The notes under the pieces: generated by a model
Seen by the model: only the letters and a program-made list of their open reading frames with translations
Told to the model about the DNA's origin: nothing
Databases searched by the model: none
Shown here: in pieces, positions 50,491-60,080 of the stretch
How positions within the stretch are numbered: the first letter of the stretch is position 1
Layout of the letters: each line of letters starts with the position of its first letter
Program-made: the position numbers and the translations under genes
NCBI GenBank assembly: GCA_965200315.1
Contig: OZ241362.1
Span: 1,760,001 to 1,824,000, forward strand
DNA length: 64,000 bases
Source: Candidatus Latescibacterota bacterium
GTDB taxonomy: Bacteria; Latescibacterota; UBA2968; UBA8231
Direction of reading: 5' to 3'

Positions 50491-53400
50491 TCAATTAACC
50501 CTTCTTCCGCCGGCTGTGTAATCAGCGTCGGCTATGGCCGCTTCAGCCCGCTGCCGAAAAGTACTCCGCTCGGCTGTTTTGAGCGTATTCCATATCAGCA
50601 GCTCTTTGCGGATCGCCTGCAAGAAACTCCGGTTGGCCCGACGCCACGAATCGTTGTCGCCGCTGAGGCAGTGCAGATAGAACACTAGGCCGTAAATATC
50701 GGCTTGGTCTTCGGGGCGGATGCACAGCACTGCGTGCTGGCTCACGCCCAAATCCAGCGGTGCCAGCCACACCTTGGCTTCGATGGCATAAGCCGTGCCC
50801 TCGGGCGTGGCAAAGGACTGGAGCAAGGTGCCCTCGGTGTAAAACGAACCAATCGACGCCTCGCCGTACGACGCTAAGTAATCCAACAAAAAGCCGCACA
50901 GACCCTTGGCCTCGGCCGCCGACACTAAGAAGGGAAAGCGGAATTCCCACTCGGCCCCCACTGGCGGCTCGGGCTGCCAGCGCCTCACTAGGTCGGGAAC
51001 GGCAGTGCGGGCGGCCACCCGGGCTGGATACACTGTTGACAGCAAGACCACGCCCATGACGATGAGCGCCGAAAACACGGCCGCCAAAGACGAATAATTC
51101 AAATTGAGTCCGCCCAGCATGCCCCAGTGGTTTAGCACCAAACCCATCCCTTGCCCCCCCAAGTACCCCAGCGTAATGCCCAAGACCGCATAGGCGCAGG
51201 CTTCGGCGATAAACAGCAAGGCGATATGAGACGGGGCCAATCCTACGGCCGCGTAGATACCAATGTCCTTGAGGCGCTCGTACACCGTCCCCAGCATGGT
51301 ATTGAGGACGATGAAAGCCGCGATGAGCATGGGTACGATCAGCACCCCTAAGCCCTTTATCGCCGTCGCCCCAATCGACGAATAGGCCCAGACGCCGATG
51401 GTCGAGGCTTCGTCTTGTCGCAAGCCGACGAACAGGCTGACGGCCACCCGCAACAGAAAGTCTTCCAGCAACGCTTGGGCCGCCCCAAGGTCCTCCCGGT
51501 CAAAAGCGATGGCCACCGAGCGCAGCCGCCCCCCCATTTGGCGGACGATCTGATATGGCGCAATGAGCACGTTGTCCGGCAGTATGTGTACATAGGGGCG
51601 GTACTGAGCGGCGGTAGCTGTCGTGGCCGTGCTCTCGTTGAGCTGAAAGGTGCTGCCGGCAGTCCTAGACAGCTCAAAATCCACCGGCGTCAGCGGCCCG
51701 TCGTCTAGGTCGCGGATGTCGTTGAAAACCGCTGGGTCGAACAAGCCCACTACAGTCAGTTCTTTGCCCATTACCTGCACTTGCGCACGTCCCAAGTCGC
51801 CAGCATCCAAGCCTAGGGCCTCGGCCATCGGCAAGGGCAGCAGACAACTAGCCTCGGTCGCGGCGGTAAAAAAGCGCCCAGCCGTCAGGGCTTGGTCAAT
51901 GCCTGTGATGTCGGTTTCCGCGGGATTTAGGCCGAGCAAGCCATAGGTCCGCACCAATTGCCGCTCGGACGCGGCTTCGAGGTACGTCTTTTTGTCCTCC
52001 TGCAAAATGAACCAGTTGCGCGGACTGATCGGGCCGACTGCGGCAAAGTGGGATCGGATGTAATCCAACATGGGCTGGCCCAAGGGACTCCAAGCCCGAT
52101 TGCGGACCAAGAGGCCCTCGTACTCACCCTCGTGTTCGAGAGGCAACGAGATAAAGCGCGCTCGGCTCTCGTACGAGGCAAAGGAGAGCACCGTAAACGT
52201 CAGCAGCACTAGGGTCGTCAAGGTCAGGCCGGTGCGCAGTTTGCGCCGCCGCATGTTGGATATGCCCAGCATAAACGCGGCATGGGCGACGCTGAAACGC
52301 CGCATCTCAACGTGGTGGATCTGGTCGCCGCGCTCCTTCATAAAACTGTTGAAGCGGCTGCCAATGAGGACGAGGACGAGACCGGCCATGGCCATGATAG
52401 CAAAGGCCAGCAAAATGACCAGCGGATGGGCAATGGCAAAGGCGGGATGCACCTGAGAAACCGCGAGCCAGACTGCGGCCAATAACGCGCCAAAACCCGC
52501 TAATTGCCGCGTGATCTGCGCTGCTCCCAGCAGCAGGCGCTCGCCCAAAAAGGCCGCGGGAATGAGCAGCGCCAAGAAGAACACCATACCCTTTATGACG
52601 TCGTTTAAGGTCGCCATAGTCTGGGGATAGACTTGGTTTTCCAGCCCCAACGCCGCCCGCAGATGGGCCACGTAGCGGCTCCATTCTTTTTGCTGGGCGG
52701 CCTCTTCGGCGGCTGCGAGCACTTGGGCGGTGCGCTGGTGCAGGTGCTGCAAGTGCTGGTTTTCAATGGCGTGGTCGCGCATGGTCTGCAACCGATCCTC
52801 GTCGAGACGCCACATATCCCAAGCGGCCTGCAACAGCGTCGGCATCAGTCGCTCTTCGGCTAGGTCAAAGCCCTCGCCGTTGGGTCGGCTGTCGGGGATG
52901 CCGTTGTTGAGCAGCAGCAGTTGGCGGCCCGCCAGTATCTTGATGCGGTTTTGCGGGCCGGCGTCCTGCGGCCCGAATACCACCCCGGCCGCTTCGTCGA
53001 GGCCGTTGCCCAGCGCATAGCCGTATTGGCGCGGGGCGGTGTCGTAGCGGTTGAGCACAGTGATGCCGCTCAAGAAATTGAGCGAACGCGGATTAATGAG
53101 GCCGTAAAAAGGACGGCTCAGGCAGGGAAACACCACCACCGGCTGCTCGGTGAGCGCCCACTGGACGGTGCTGGGAATGGAACCGTCGGGCAGCGATGCC
53201 CCGTGGAATCCTTCCGCCCTTTTGCTCAGATCGGCGGCATAGGTAATGGCCCCGTCTTCTGGGTCCAAGACGTACACGTTGGTGCGATATTGGGCTTGCG
53301 GCAGCCCCGTTATGAGCAGCTCGCCCTCGGCGTCGCTCAGATAAACTTGGGCCGTGCGCACCCCTTTGACGGCTTTGCCGGCGGCGGTCGCCCGTTGCGG

Positions 53401-54900
53401 TCGCACCACGGCTACCGCGTCGGCTACCGGCCGGTCCGGCGTTTGCGAGCGGCGCGGAAAGGTCCGCACCTTGAGGCGCAAGTCGCGCAAGCGATCCTGC
53501 AGCACCGGCCCAAAGGCCGCTTTCTCCTCCAACAACTGCGGATCGTTTAGGGCCTGTTGCAGCACGCCGTTTATCAAGGCGACTTGGCGCGCCAGATTGT
53601 CGTAGTTGACCGCGGCGGGCTGGTCCAACGGCGAATCGATCTGCAAGCGGGCGTCGTTGACGGTAATCAAGCCCAAGGAGATCAAGCCTCCTTCGAGGGC
53701 GAGCTGACTATTGGCGGCGATGCCACCGGGCATGTACGCCGACCAGTCCAAGCCCTTGATGGGGGTGATGCCGTTGACCAAACGGCCGACTGCGGCCGAG
53801 TCTAGGGTGCTGGCGTAGTTGCTGAAGCGGCGACCGAATGGGGCGAAAAAGCGCCGCAATTCGGGCCTAGCGGTATTGTTCCAGAGGCCGACTTGATCGG
53901 TGCGGCTCGACAGATCGAGGCCGATGAACAGGTCTATGTGGAGCGGCTCCTCCAAGCGGCGGTCGTGGCGAGCGAGAAAGTCGGCCATGCCTTGGCGGCC
54001 CTGAAAGTGAGCCGACGTTGCCACCAAAATGGTGGTGCGCGCCGGCGGATGGGCCGCGAGCTGGCGGGCTAGCTCCAATAAAGCGGCCACGCCACAGGCG
54101 GCCTCGGCGCTGGGCGCCCGGCCCGGCACCACGGAAATGCCGTCGTAGTACGCCTCGATAGCAACGCGCTCGGCGGCCAGCTCGGGATCGGTGCCGGGGA
54201 TTGTGCCCCAGATATTCCACGCCGGCCGCCGTTGCCAGTCCATGCGGCCCTCTAAATGCACCAATAGCTCGCCGGCCCGCAGGCGCTGGCGCAGGTCTAG
54301 GCCCGCTTCGCGCTCGATCCAGAAGCGGGGGATGTCGAGCGGCACGTGGGCGTACTTGGCGGCGGCTTGGTGGCGGTTGGCCTGCTCGGGCGCGATGAAT
54401 ACCACGGCCCGGGCACCCAGCGACGCGGCCCGCAGCCAGTGGTTCCAACTGTCGAATTCCAGCAGGACAATGCGCCCGTCAATAGCTTGGCCGTCGAAGT
54501 CGCGCCACGCACCACGCCCTCCGTAGATCATCGGTGCTCGCAGGCCCTGCGGTAGCGTTATTGTCCGCGCCAGATTGGGCCACAGGCCCCACAGCGGCAC
54601 CTGCTCCCCGCTGGGCTCCAAGCGCAGGCGACTGCCGAGCTCTATGGGCACCACCACGGCAAATGAGTCGCGCTGCACCCCTGAGACGCCAGCCGCGACC
54701 AGTTCGCGCTCCACCAATGCAGCACCCGCTTCGGCACCGGGATAGCCAGCCAAGCGCGATTCGACCGCGCTTAGGGCTTCGATCGCGGCCCGCAAGAAAG
54801 CCACCTCTCCGTAGCAGGGCATTGGCAGCAGCAGCCCGACGAGACATAGGCTGTCCAGCCACCGATAAGTCGCTTTGCCAGCCATGCTGTTCAACCCCAA
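50491..54900 (-). CDS. Giant membrane protein: M28-peptidase-like/PA domain + TM bundle + MacB-like periplasmic domain + FtsX-like permease
   Basis: NIWG.IPG.D..L..E.V.I.AYYD, SNMRRRKLRT.LT, LNTMLG.VYER..DIGIY..VGL.P; 1469 aa. Confidence 0.8.
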   Translation of the reverse strand: MGLNSMAGKATYRWLDSLCLVGLLLPMPCYGEVAFLRAAIEALSAVESRLAGYPGAEAGAALVERELVAAGVSGVQRDSFAVVVPIELGSRLRLEPSGEQVPLWGLWPNLARTITLPQGLRAPMIYGGRGAWRDFDGQAIDGRIVLLEFDSWNHWLRAASLGARAVVFIAPEQANRHQAAAKYAHVPLDIPRFWIEREAGLDLRQRLRAGELLVHLEGRMDWQRRPAWNIWGTIPGTDPELAAERVAIEAYYDGISVVPGRAPSAEAACGVAALLELARQLAAHPPARTTILVATSAHFQGRQGMADFLARHDRRLEEPLHIDLFIGLDLSSRTDQVGLWNNTARPELRRFFAPFGRRFSNYASTLDSAAVGRLVNGITPIKGLDWSAYMPGGIAANSQLALEGGLISLGLITVNDARLQIDSPLDQPAAVNYDNLARQVALINGVLQQALNDPQLLEEKAAFGPVLQDRLRDLRLKVRTFPRRSQTPDRPVADAVAVVRPQRATAAGKAVKGVRTAQVYLSDAEGELLITGLPQAQYRTNVYVLDPEDGAITYAADLSKRAEGFHGASLPDGSIPSTVQWALTEQPVVVFPCLSRPFYGLINPRSLNFLSGITVLNRYDTAPRQYGYALGNGLDEAAGVVFGPQDAGPQNRIKILAGRQLLLLNNGIPDSRPNGEGFDLAEERLMPTLLQAAWDMWRLDEDRLQTMRDHAIENQHLQHLHQRTAQVLAAAEEAAQQKEWSRYVAHLRAALGLENQVYPQTMATLNDVIKGMVFFLALLIPAAFLGERLLLGAAQITRQLAGFGALLAAVWLAVSQVHPAFAIAHPLVILLAFAIMAMAGLVLVLIGSRFNSFMKERGDQIHHVEMRRFSVAHAAFMLGISNMRRRKLRTGLTLTTLVLLTFTVLSFASYESRARFISLPLEHEGEYEGLLVRNRAWSPLGQPMLDYIRSHFAAVGPISPRNWFILQEDKKTYLEAASERQLVRTYGLLGLNPAETDITGIDQALTAGRFFTAATEASCLLPLPMAEALGLDAGDLGRAQVQVMGKELTVVGLFDPAVFNDIRDLDDGPLTPVDFELSRTAGSTFQLNESTATTATAAQYRPYVHILPDNVLIAPYQIVRQMGGRLRSVAIAFDREDLGAAQALLEDFLLRVAVSLFVGLRQDEASTIGVWAYSSIGATAIKGLGVLIVPMLIAAFIVLNTMLGTVYERLKDIGIYAAVGLAPSHIALLFIAEACAYAVLGITLGYLGGQGMGLVLNHWGMLGGLNLNYSSLAAVFSALIVMGVVLLSTVYPARVAARTAVPDLVRRWQPEPPVGAEWEFRFPFLVSAAEAKGLCGFLLDYLASYGEASIGSFYTEGTLLQSFATPEGTAYAIEAKVWLAPLDLGVSQHAVLCIRPEDQADIYGLVFYLHCLSGDNDSWRRANRSFLQAIRKELLIWNTLKTAERSTFRQRAEAAIADADYTAGGRRVN

Positions 54901-56960
54901 AAAATCACATTGCCGACCGTGCCGGTAAAATGGTCGATGACTAAGAAGATGCCGCCCGGCAGCAGTTGCCCCAAGATCAGGCCCATAAAAAACGGCCTAG
55001 TCCGATGATAGCGGTCGGCACCTCCATACTTGAGCACGAGGACTTTGATAAACCAAGCCAAAAACATATTGAACCACAGGTGATCCATAATCCAAGTCGG
55101 CCCAATGGGATAGCCCAAAGGGTGCAGGGGCCACCAAGCGTAGTGCCACCGGGCCACGGTCAAGCCCAGCATGATAGCCGCGCCCAAGCCCATATTGATC
55201 CAGCCCCACAGGTGCAGCTCGCTCGGATAGCGCAGGAGGCTCTCGACATAGCGGTAGGGGGCTTCGCGACTGACCATGGCCCGCAGATTGAGGTTGCCGT
55301 GCTCGTAGCTCAGCGCCAAGATCATCCAAGTCGAAGCCGCTAGCGCCACGGCTATGGCCGCGACCATGGCCCAGAACAAAGGCCGACGACTCGGCTGAGC
55401 TCGCCGAAGTCGCCCCCGGCCCAATTCCTGACTCAGCTTCAGGCTGTTGGCGCAGGAGGCCATGACAAAGCTGCGGACATTGGCCGTCCAGATATAGGTG
55501 CTGGCCAGCAAGACCAAGCCCGGTGCCCCCAGCGCCGACGAGCCTACCGCGGAAATGAGGATGCCAGCCGGCACCACGGGCGGAGCGCCGTCGGACAGAC
55601 CGCCCTCGGCGACCACCCGGGTGAAGGCGACAAAAAGGGCCCCGGCCAAAAAGAGCAACGCCGCACCGGCCCACAGCGGCAATCCAGCCAGCCACAGCCA
55701 GCCGATCATGATCGCCGTGCCGACGGCGAGAATGATCACGGCCGCCCGGTACGACAGGATTTCGTCGGCGTCGTCAATGGCCGGATCGCCGGACCAAGCC
55801 TTGCGCCACACCGCGGCCAGATGGCGGCGGGCGGCCCACAAGCCGCCGAGAAAGAGGACCAACATGGCACCCATGGCGTGATAGACCTGCAAAGTGTGCC
55901 GGATACCATGGCCACTACCCAAGCTGGGCGTATTGCCTATGCCGAGGATGGCCAAAGTGCCGCGCAAGACATTGGCCAACAAATTGAAAACCCACAGACT
56001 GAGCGCGACTTCGGTCTTGAGGAAATAGAAAAACCCGAAGATGTGGAAGCGGAAGATGACATGCAGCGTAGAGGTCCCGCGCATGATCGGCAGTTCTTGG
56101 TGGAACAGATCGACGCCGCGAGCAAAATGTACGCCTTCCGGGAAATAGGCGTACAGGCCGTGCAGCGTGCTCCAAGTGGCGGCAAGGGCAAAGCCGATCC
56201 ACATCCCCCGATTTTTGAAAAAGGGCGGCCAGCGCTCCGTTCCCTCTCCCATCGCGGTCATAGCTAGCGGCACTTGCACCAGCGGATAGACGAGGCGCTC
56301 GTTGTCGATCCACTGCCGCCGCAGAACGACCATGATGGCAATCATCACCAAGAAGAGGGACCAGATAAAGGGCTGCCAAGCCGCCAGCGCCAGTAGCCAA
56401 GCCTTCCACGGCACCGCGTAGGAGGCACCCATCCCCTCAAAGAAAAACTGAGCGTCGCCGAGCTGGCGCGGCATCATCCAGTGGGGGATGTGGGGGTGGA
56501 TGAGGCTTTGCCAATCGTTTTCGGGCGTGGCAAAGTAAAAGGGAGCGACGAGCTGGCTGATGATCTTTGAGGTAAAAACGACGGGGATAGGCGAGGCCAT
56601 CACCATCATGACATAGACCAGTAGCAATTCGCCTCGGCGCAAACCCGGCCTCCCACACAGTTTGAGCAGGGGATTGACCAAGCCCGTCAGCAGGGCCAGC
56701 AGGCAAACCGCCCCGACTGTGCTAAAGCCCAAGGCCATGAAGGAGCCTTGCAAATACAGGGTACTATAGGCCACGCCGCCGCCGATGAACGCGGCCAAAA
56801 AGGTGCCCAAGGCAAAGGCCCGGAGCGTAAAGGCTGAGCCAGCTTCTTCTACGGCCGGCTCCGGGTCGGGCGGCTCTAGGTCCAGCCGCGAGCGAAAGGC
56901 CGCTGGCAGCAGCCAGCCGACCCTTCCCGGCTCAGGTGCAGTAGATCCAGTCTCCGGCAT
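54891..56960 (-). CDS. Multi-pass membrane protein, DUF6785/DUF6784-like
   Basis: RRQW...ERL.YPL..VP and C-terminal WWPLHPLGY...W..K..VLKYGG...PFF.GLILG. Confidence 0.78.
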   Translation of the reverse strand: MPETGSTAPEPGRVGWLLPAAFRSRLDLEPPDPEPAVEEAGSAFTLRAFALGTFLAAFIGGGVAYSTLYLQGSFMALGFSTVGAVCLLALLTGLVNPLLKLCGRPGLRRGELLLVYVMMVMASPIPVVFTSKIISQLVAPFYFATPENDWQSLIHPHIPHWMMPRQLGDAQFFFEGMGASYAVPWKAWLLALAAWQPFIWSLFLVMIAIMVVLRRQWIDNERLVYPLVQVPLAMTAMGEGTERWPPFFKNRGMWIGFALAATWSTLHGLYAYFPEGVHFARGVDLFHQELPIMRGTSTLHVIFRFHIFGFFYFLKTEVALSLWVFNLLANVLRGTLAILGIGNTPSLGSGHGIRHTLQVYHAMGAMLVLFLGGLWAARRHLAAVWRKAWSGDPAIDDADEILSYRAAVIILAVGTAIMIGWLWLAGLPLWAGAALLFLAGALFVAFTRVVAEGGLSDGAPPVVPAGILISAVGSSALGAPGLVLLASTYIWTANVRSFVMASCANSLKLSQELGRGRLRRAQPSRRPLFWAMVAAIAVALAASTWMILALSYEHGNLNLRAMVSREAPYRYVESLLRYPSELHLWGWINMGLGAAIMLGLTVARWHYAWWPLHPLGYPIGPTWIMDHLWFNMFLAWFIKVLVLKYGGADRYHRTRPFFMGLILGQLLPGGIFLVIDHFTGTVGNVIFWG
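55388..55411 (-). repeat. 24-bp sister palindrome in frame within the DUF6785-like gene (RLRRAQPS)
   Basis: GACTCGGCTGAGCTCGCCGAAGTC on +; shares TCGGCTGAGCTC and CGAAG with the main element. Confidence 0.75.
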
Positions 56961-57001
56961 TGCAGATCCGCCGCACGGGAAAACCGGACGAAGTCACGGT
57001 T

Positions 57002-57727
57002 TTAGTTTGGGACTGTGGAAGTGAACTGCTCGGCGAGCAGGCGGGGAAGTTCGCCCAAGTGGGCTATTTGGTGGTATCGCCGGTGCTCGGCCTCCGAAGG
57101 TTCGGCGCGTTCGTGGATCCAAGTGGTGTGATAAGGCACATAGACAGCGCGTCCGCCCAAGGCGACGACGGGCAGGATATCCGATTTGAGCGAATTGCCC
57201 ACCATGCAAAAGTCAGCCGGTTGGACGCCGTGGCGCTGCAACAGGGCCGCGTAGGTTCCCTCGTTTTTTTCGCTGACAATTTCGATGTGGGTGAAGTGAT
57301 CGGCCAAACCGGAGCGGGCTATTTTGGCCTCTTGGTCGAACAAGTCGCCCTTGGTCAGCAGCATCAGGGGACGGGTTCGGGACAGGTCGGTAAGCACTTC
57401 CTCGACGTGGGGCAGCGGTTCAATGGGCATTTGCAGCAACTCTTTGCCATAGTCCAAAATCTGGCGGATTTGCGGCCCGGTTACCGCGCCCTTGGTCAGA
57501 TCGAGAGCCGTCTCTATCATGGACAAGGTGAAGCCTTTGCTGCCGTAGCCAAAGTGGGACAAGTTGCGCATTTCGGTCTCGTACAGCTCCCGCTCGGTCC
57601 ACGCCGGATCGCAATCGGGAGCCAACAGATGCTTAAAGCGGTCTTTGGCCGTTTCAAAGTAAATCTCGTTTTCCCACAGTGTATCGTCGGCGTCAAAGGC
57701 GATCAGGGCGGGCTGTGTTTTTTGCAT
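57002..57727 (-). CDS. HAD-family hydrolase
   Basis: FDADDTLW, LTKGD, MVGNSLKSDI. Confidence 0.9.
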   Translation of the reverse strand: MQKTQPALIAFDADDTLWENEIYFETAKDRFKHLLAPDCDPAWTERELYETEMRNLSHFGYGSKGFTLSMIETALDLTKGAVTGPQIRQILDYGKELLQMPIEPLPHVEEVLTDLSRTRPLMLLTKGDLFDQEAKIARSGLADHFTHIEIVSEKNEGTYAALLQRHGVQPADFCMVGNSLKSDILPVVALGGRAVYVPYHTTWIHERAEPSEAEHRRYHQIAHLGELPRLLAEQFTSTVPN

Positions 57728-58067
57728 TTGTCGAATGGCAAGAGGTCGCCGAGTGGATAGTTGACCGAGCTTGAATTTTGGCTGATAAAAATAGCCCATC
57801 CACAATCCGGGCAAAAGTGGCCCAAAGCGAGGCCTCATAGATCAAAGGCGGAGGAACACCAGGTGGAAATCCGTGGGGAGATGTCTCCAGACCTTACTGC
57901 TATTCCTTATGGGTTGCTCCACCCTGTCGGTACAGGTCGAGACAGGGACGATTTTGAACCGGCTCCCGTCTCTCCGCCCCCACCCTCTTCATAACGAGCT
58001 AGCTTATGCCGACAGCTCGTCTTCGGCGGGCAGAACAGTCGCCCATCGTAGGTACAACATGTGGTTA

Positions 58068-58101
58068 GTCGGCTTGCGCTGCATCTATTGAGCGGTGCTG
58101 C
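58068..58101 (+). repeat. 34-bp direct repeat, copy 1
   Basis: GTCGGCTTGCGCTGCATCTATTGAGCGGTGCTGC, 29/34 identical to 59947-59980. Confidence 0.7.
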
Positions 58102-58164
58102 GGTACTTTGTCTTTCGTTCTATCGTGCATTAATTTAATACACGCCAACGAAGGAGAACCGACT

Positions 58165-58992
58165 ATGGCTGCCGATCAGCTTGTACAAGCCCGCATTGAC
58201 GGAGCCGTGAAGGAAGAAGCGGCCGCGGTATTACATGCGTCGGGTTGGGTCGGCTCCTTTGGGTACACGTATGCCCGCACGGATAATCTGACGCGCTTCG
58301 TCAACCGCAATGACGCCATCTTCGGCGCTCCGTGGGCGACGGGGCTAGGGGCCGATGGCAGCAACGGCATCGGCGATTTGACCGCGGTCGCGAGTACGGC
58401 CAAGTCGCGCTACCACGGCCTCAGCTTCAGCTTGCGCCAGATGGTGCAAGACGCCTTGCAATTCCAGCTCAACTATACCTTGTCGTGAGACCAATCCGAC
58501 GACGACAACGAGCGCGATCCCTTCACCTTCCGCTACGTCGATGCGACCCAACTGGAGCGCGAGTGGGGTTATTCGGACCGCGACCAGCGCCACCGCTTCA
58601 ATGCGTGGGCCTTGGCCGCATTGCCCGGCGGAGTTTTGCTCAACCAGTGCCTGAGCTACTATTCGGCGCAGCCGGGCTCGGCATCCTGCGCCGGCGGCTC
58701 GCTCAACCCGTGGGGCGCGGCCTCCGACCGGATCTGCAGCGACGGCCGCATCACAACGCGCAACACGCTGCGCAAGGACAACGAGTTTTTCTCTTATGAC
58801 GTGCGCCTGTCGCGGCCTATCTTGGTGGGCAGCGGCCAGCTAGAGGCCATGGTCGAGGTCTTCAACCTGCTCAACACGGATAACTTCCGCGACCCATCCA
58901 GCACCGGCCTCCTGTTCAATTGCGACGGCACCGTGCAGTCGGGCTTGGGCGATCCGCGCCAAGTGCAAATCGGCCTGCGCTATGTCTATTAA
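58165..58992 (+). pseudogene. Chimeric remnant: RelB/DinJ antitoxin N-terminus joined to a TonB-dependent receptor C-terminus with an internal stop
   Basis: MAADQLVQARIDGAVKEEAAAVL, then QLNYTLS*DQSDDDNERD...EVFNLLN...PRQVQIGLRYVY. Confidence 0.75.
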
Positions 58993-59134
58993 GCGACCCG
59001 GCGTTCACGTCTCTACCGAGCGCGGACCAACGGCCGGAAGGCCCCGCTCAACGCCAAACAAAAGTCAAGAAAGATGAGCCAACTCAAAACTATCGCTAGG
59101 TATTTGCGTGAATAGCTATGCCGAGTCAAAGAAT

Positions 59135-59842
59135 ATGACATCCCATTCTGAGAAGGTGGAGTGGGGCTACGGGGCAGAGAACGGACCGGACGTTTGGGAC
59201 CAGCTAAGCCCAGAATACATCCTTTGTGCCGCGGGGACGCGCCAATCTCCGATCGACCTTGTAAACCCCACGCCAGCACAACTTCCCGCTATCGTCTTCA
59301 ACTACCGGCCAACAGCTCTGAACATCCGCCATAATGGCCATGCGATTGAAGTAGCGTCCACCGCAGAAAATTGGATTGCGGTTGACGACACGCGGTATGA
59401 GCTTCTGCAATTCCATTTCCACGCGCCAAGCGAACATACGCTAGCCGGCAAACCGTTTGCTATGGAGATGCACCTCGTTCACAAAAGTACGGATGGCACG
59501 TTGGCTGTCCTTGGGGTGCTAATTGAGCGCGGTAGCGATCATGCCGCATTTAATGCTCTCTGGGCACATCTGCCAAGCACTCCGGGCGAGGTGCGACGCA
59601 TTGAACATGTCGCCATCAATCCTTGCGATTTATTGCCGAGCGCGAGGCGCACCTATCGCTACGATGGTTCATTGACTACGCCGCCTTGTGAGGAGGGAGT
59701 CAAGTGGTTTGTGCTGACAACGCCCATAGAGCTGTCTGAAGCGCAAATCGCCGCGTTTACAGCCATTGTCCATGGCAACAATCGGCCGCTACAGCCGCTG
59801 AATGGGCGCAAACTTCTCGTGGATGCTGTAGAAAACCATTGA
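59135..59842 (+). CDS. Alpha-class carbonic anhydrase
   Basis: WGY, QSPID, QFHFH.PSEH, EMHLVH, GSLTTPPC.EGV.W, NNRPLQ. Confidence 0.93.
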   Translation: MTSHSEKVEWGYGAENGPDVWDQLSPEYILCAAGTRQSPIDLVNPTPAQLPAIVFNYRPTALNIRHNGHAIEVASTAENWIAVDDTRYELLQFHFHAPSEHTLAGKPFAMEMHLVHKSTDGTLAVLGVLIERGSDHAAFNALWAHLPSTPGEVRRIEHVAINPCDLLPSARRTYRYDGSLTTPPCEEGVKWFVLTTPIELSEAQIAAFTAIVHGNNRPLQPLNGRKLLVDAVENH

Positions 59843-59946
59843 GGTACTCGTCGTCAATGTCCCGCAGGGGCCGAGCAGAGCGGTGCGAAAGTCCGGTCTA
59901 ACAACCGCACAGTGCCGTCGGCCTTGGCGATCCGCGCCAAGTGTAG

Positions 59947-59980
59947 GTCGGCTTGCGCGCTGTCTATTGAACGGTGCTGC
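59947..59980 (+). repeat. 34-bp direct repeat, copy 2
   Basis: GTCGGCTTGCGCGCTGTCTATTGAACGGTGCTGC. Confidence 0.7.
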
Positions 59981-60080
59981 CTGTGCGTGGTCGGTACATC
60001 ATCGACAGAATAGTCAGAGAACAGGTTTACAGTTTCCCCTTCTTGGACCGCTCAACTCCAACACGTTCCGCGAGATTTTT

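Noticed and set aside
58486-58488. In-frame TGA as selenocysteine or recoding
   Set aside because: It lies in an already truncated TBDR fragment, and TGA is an ordinary stop in many genes here (efp, gcvH, mutS).
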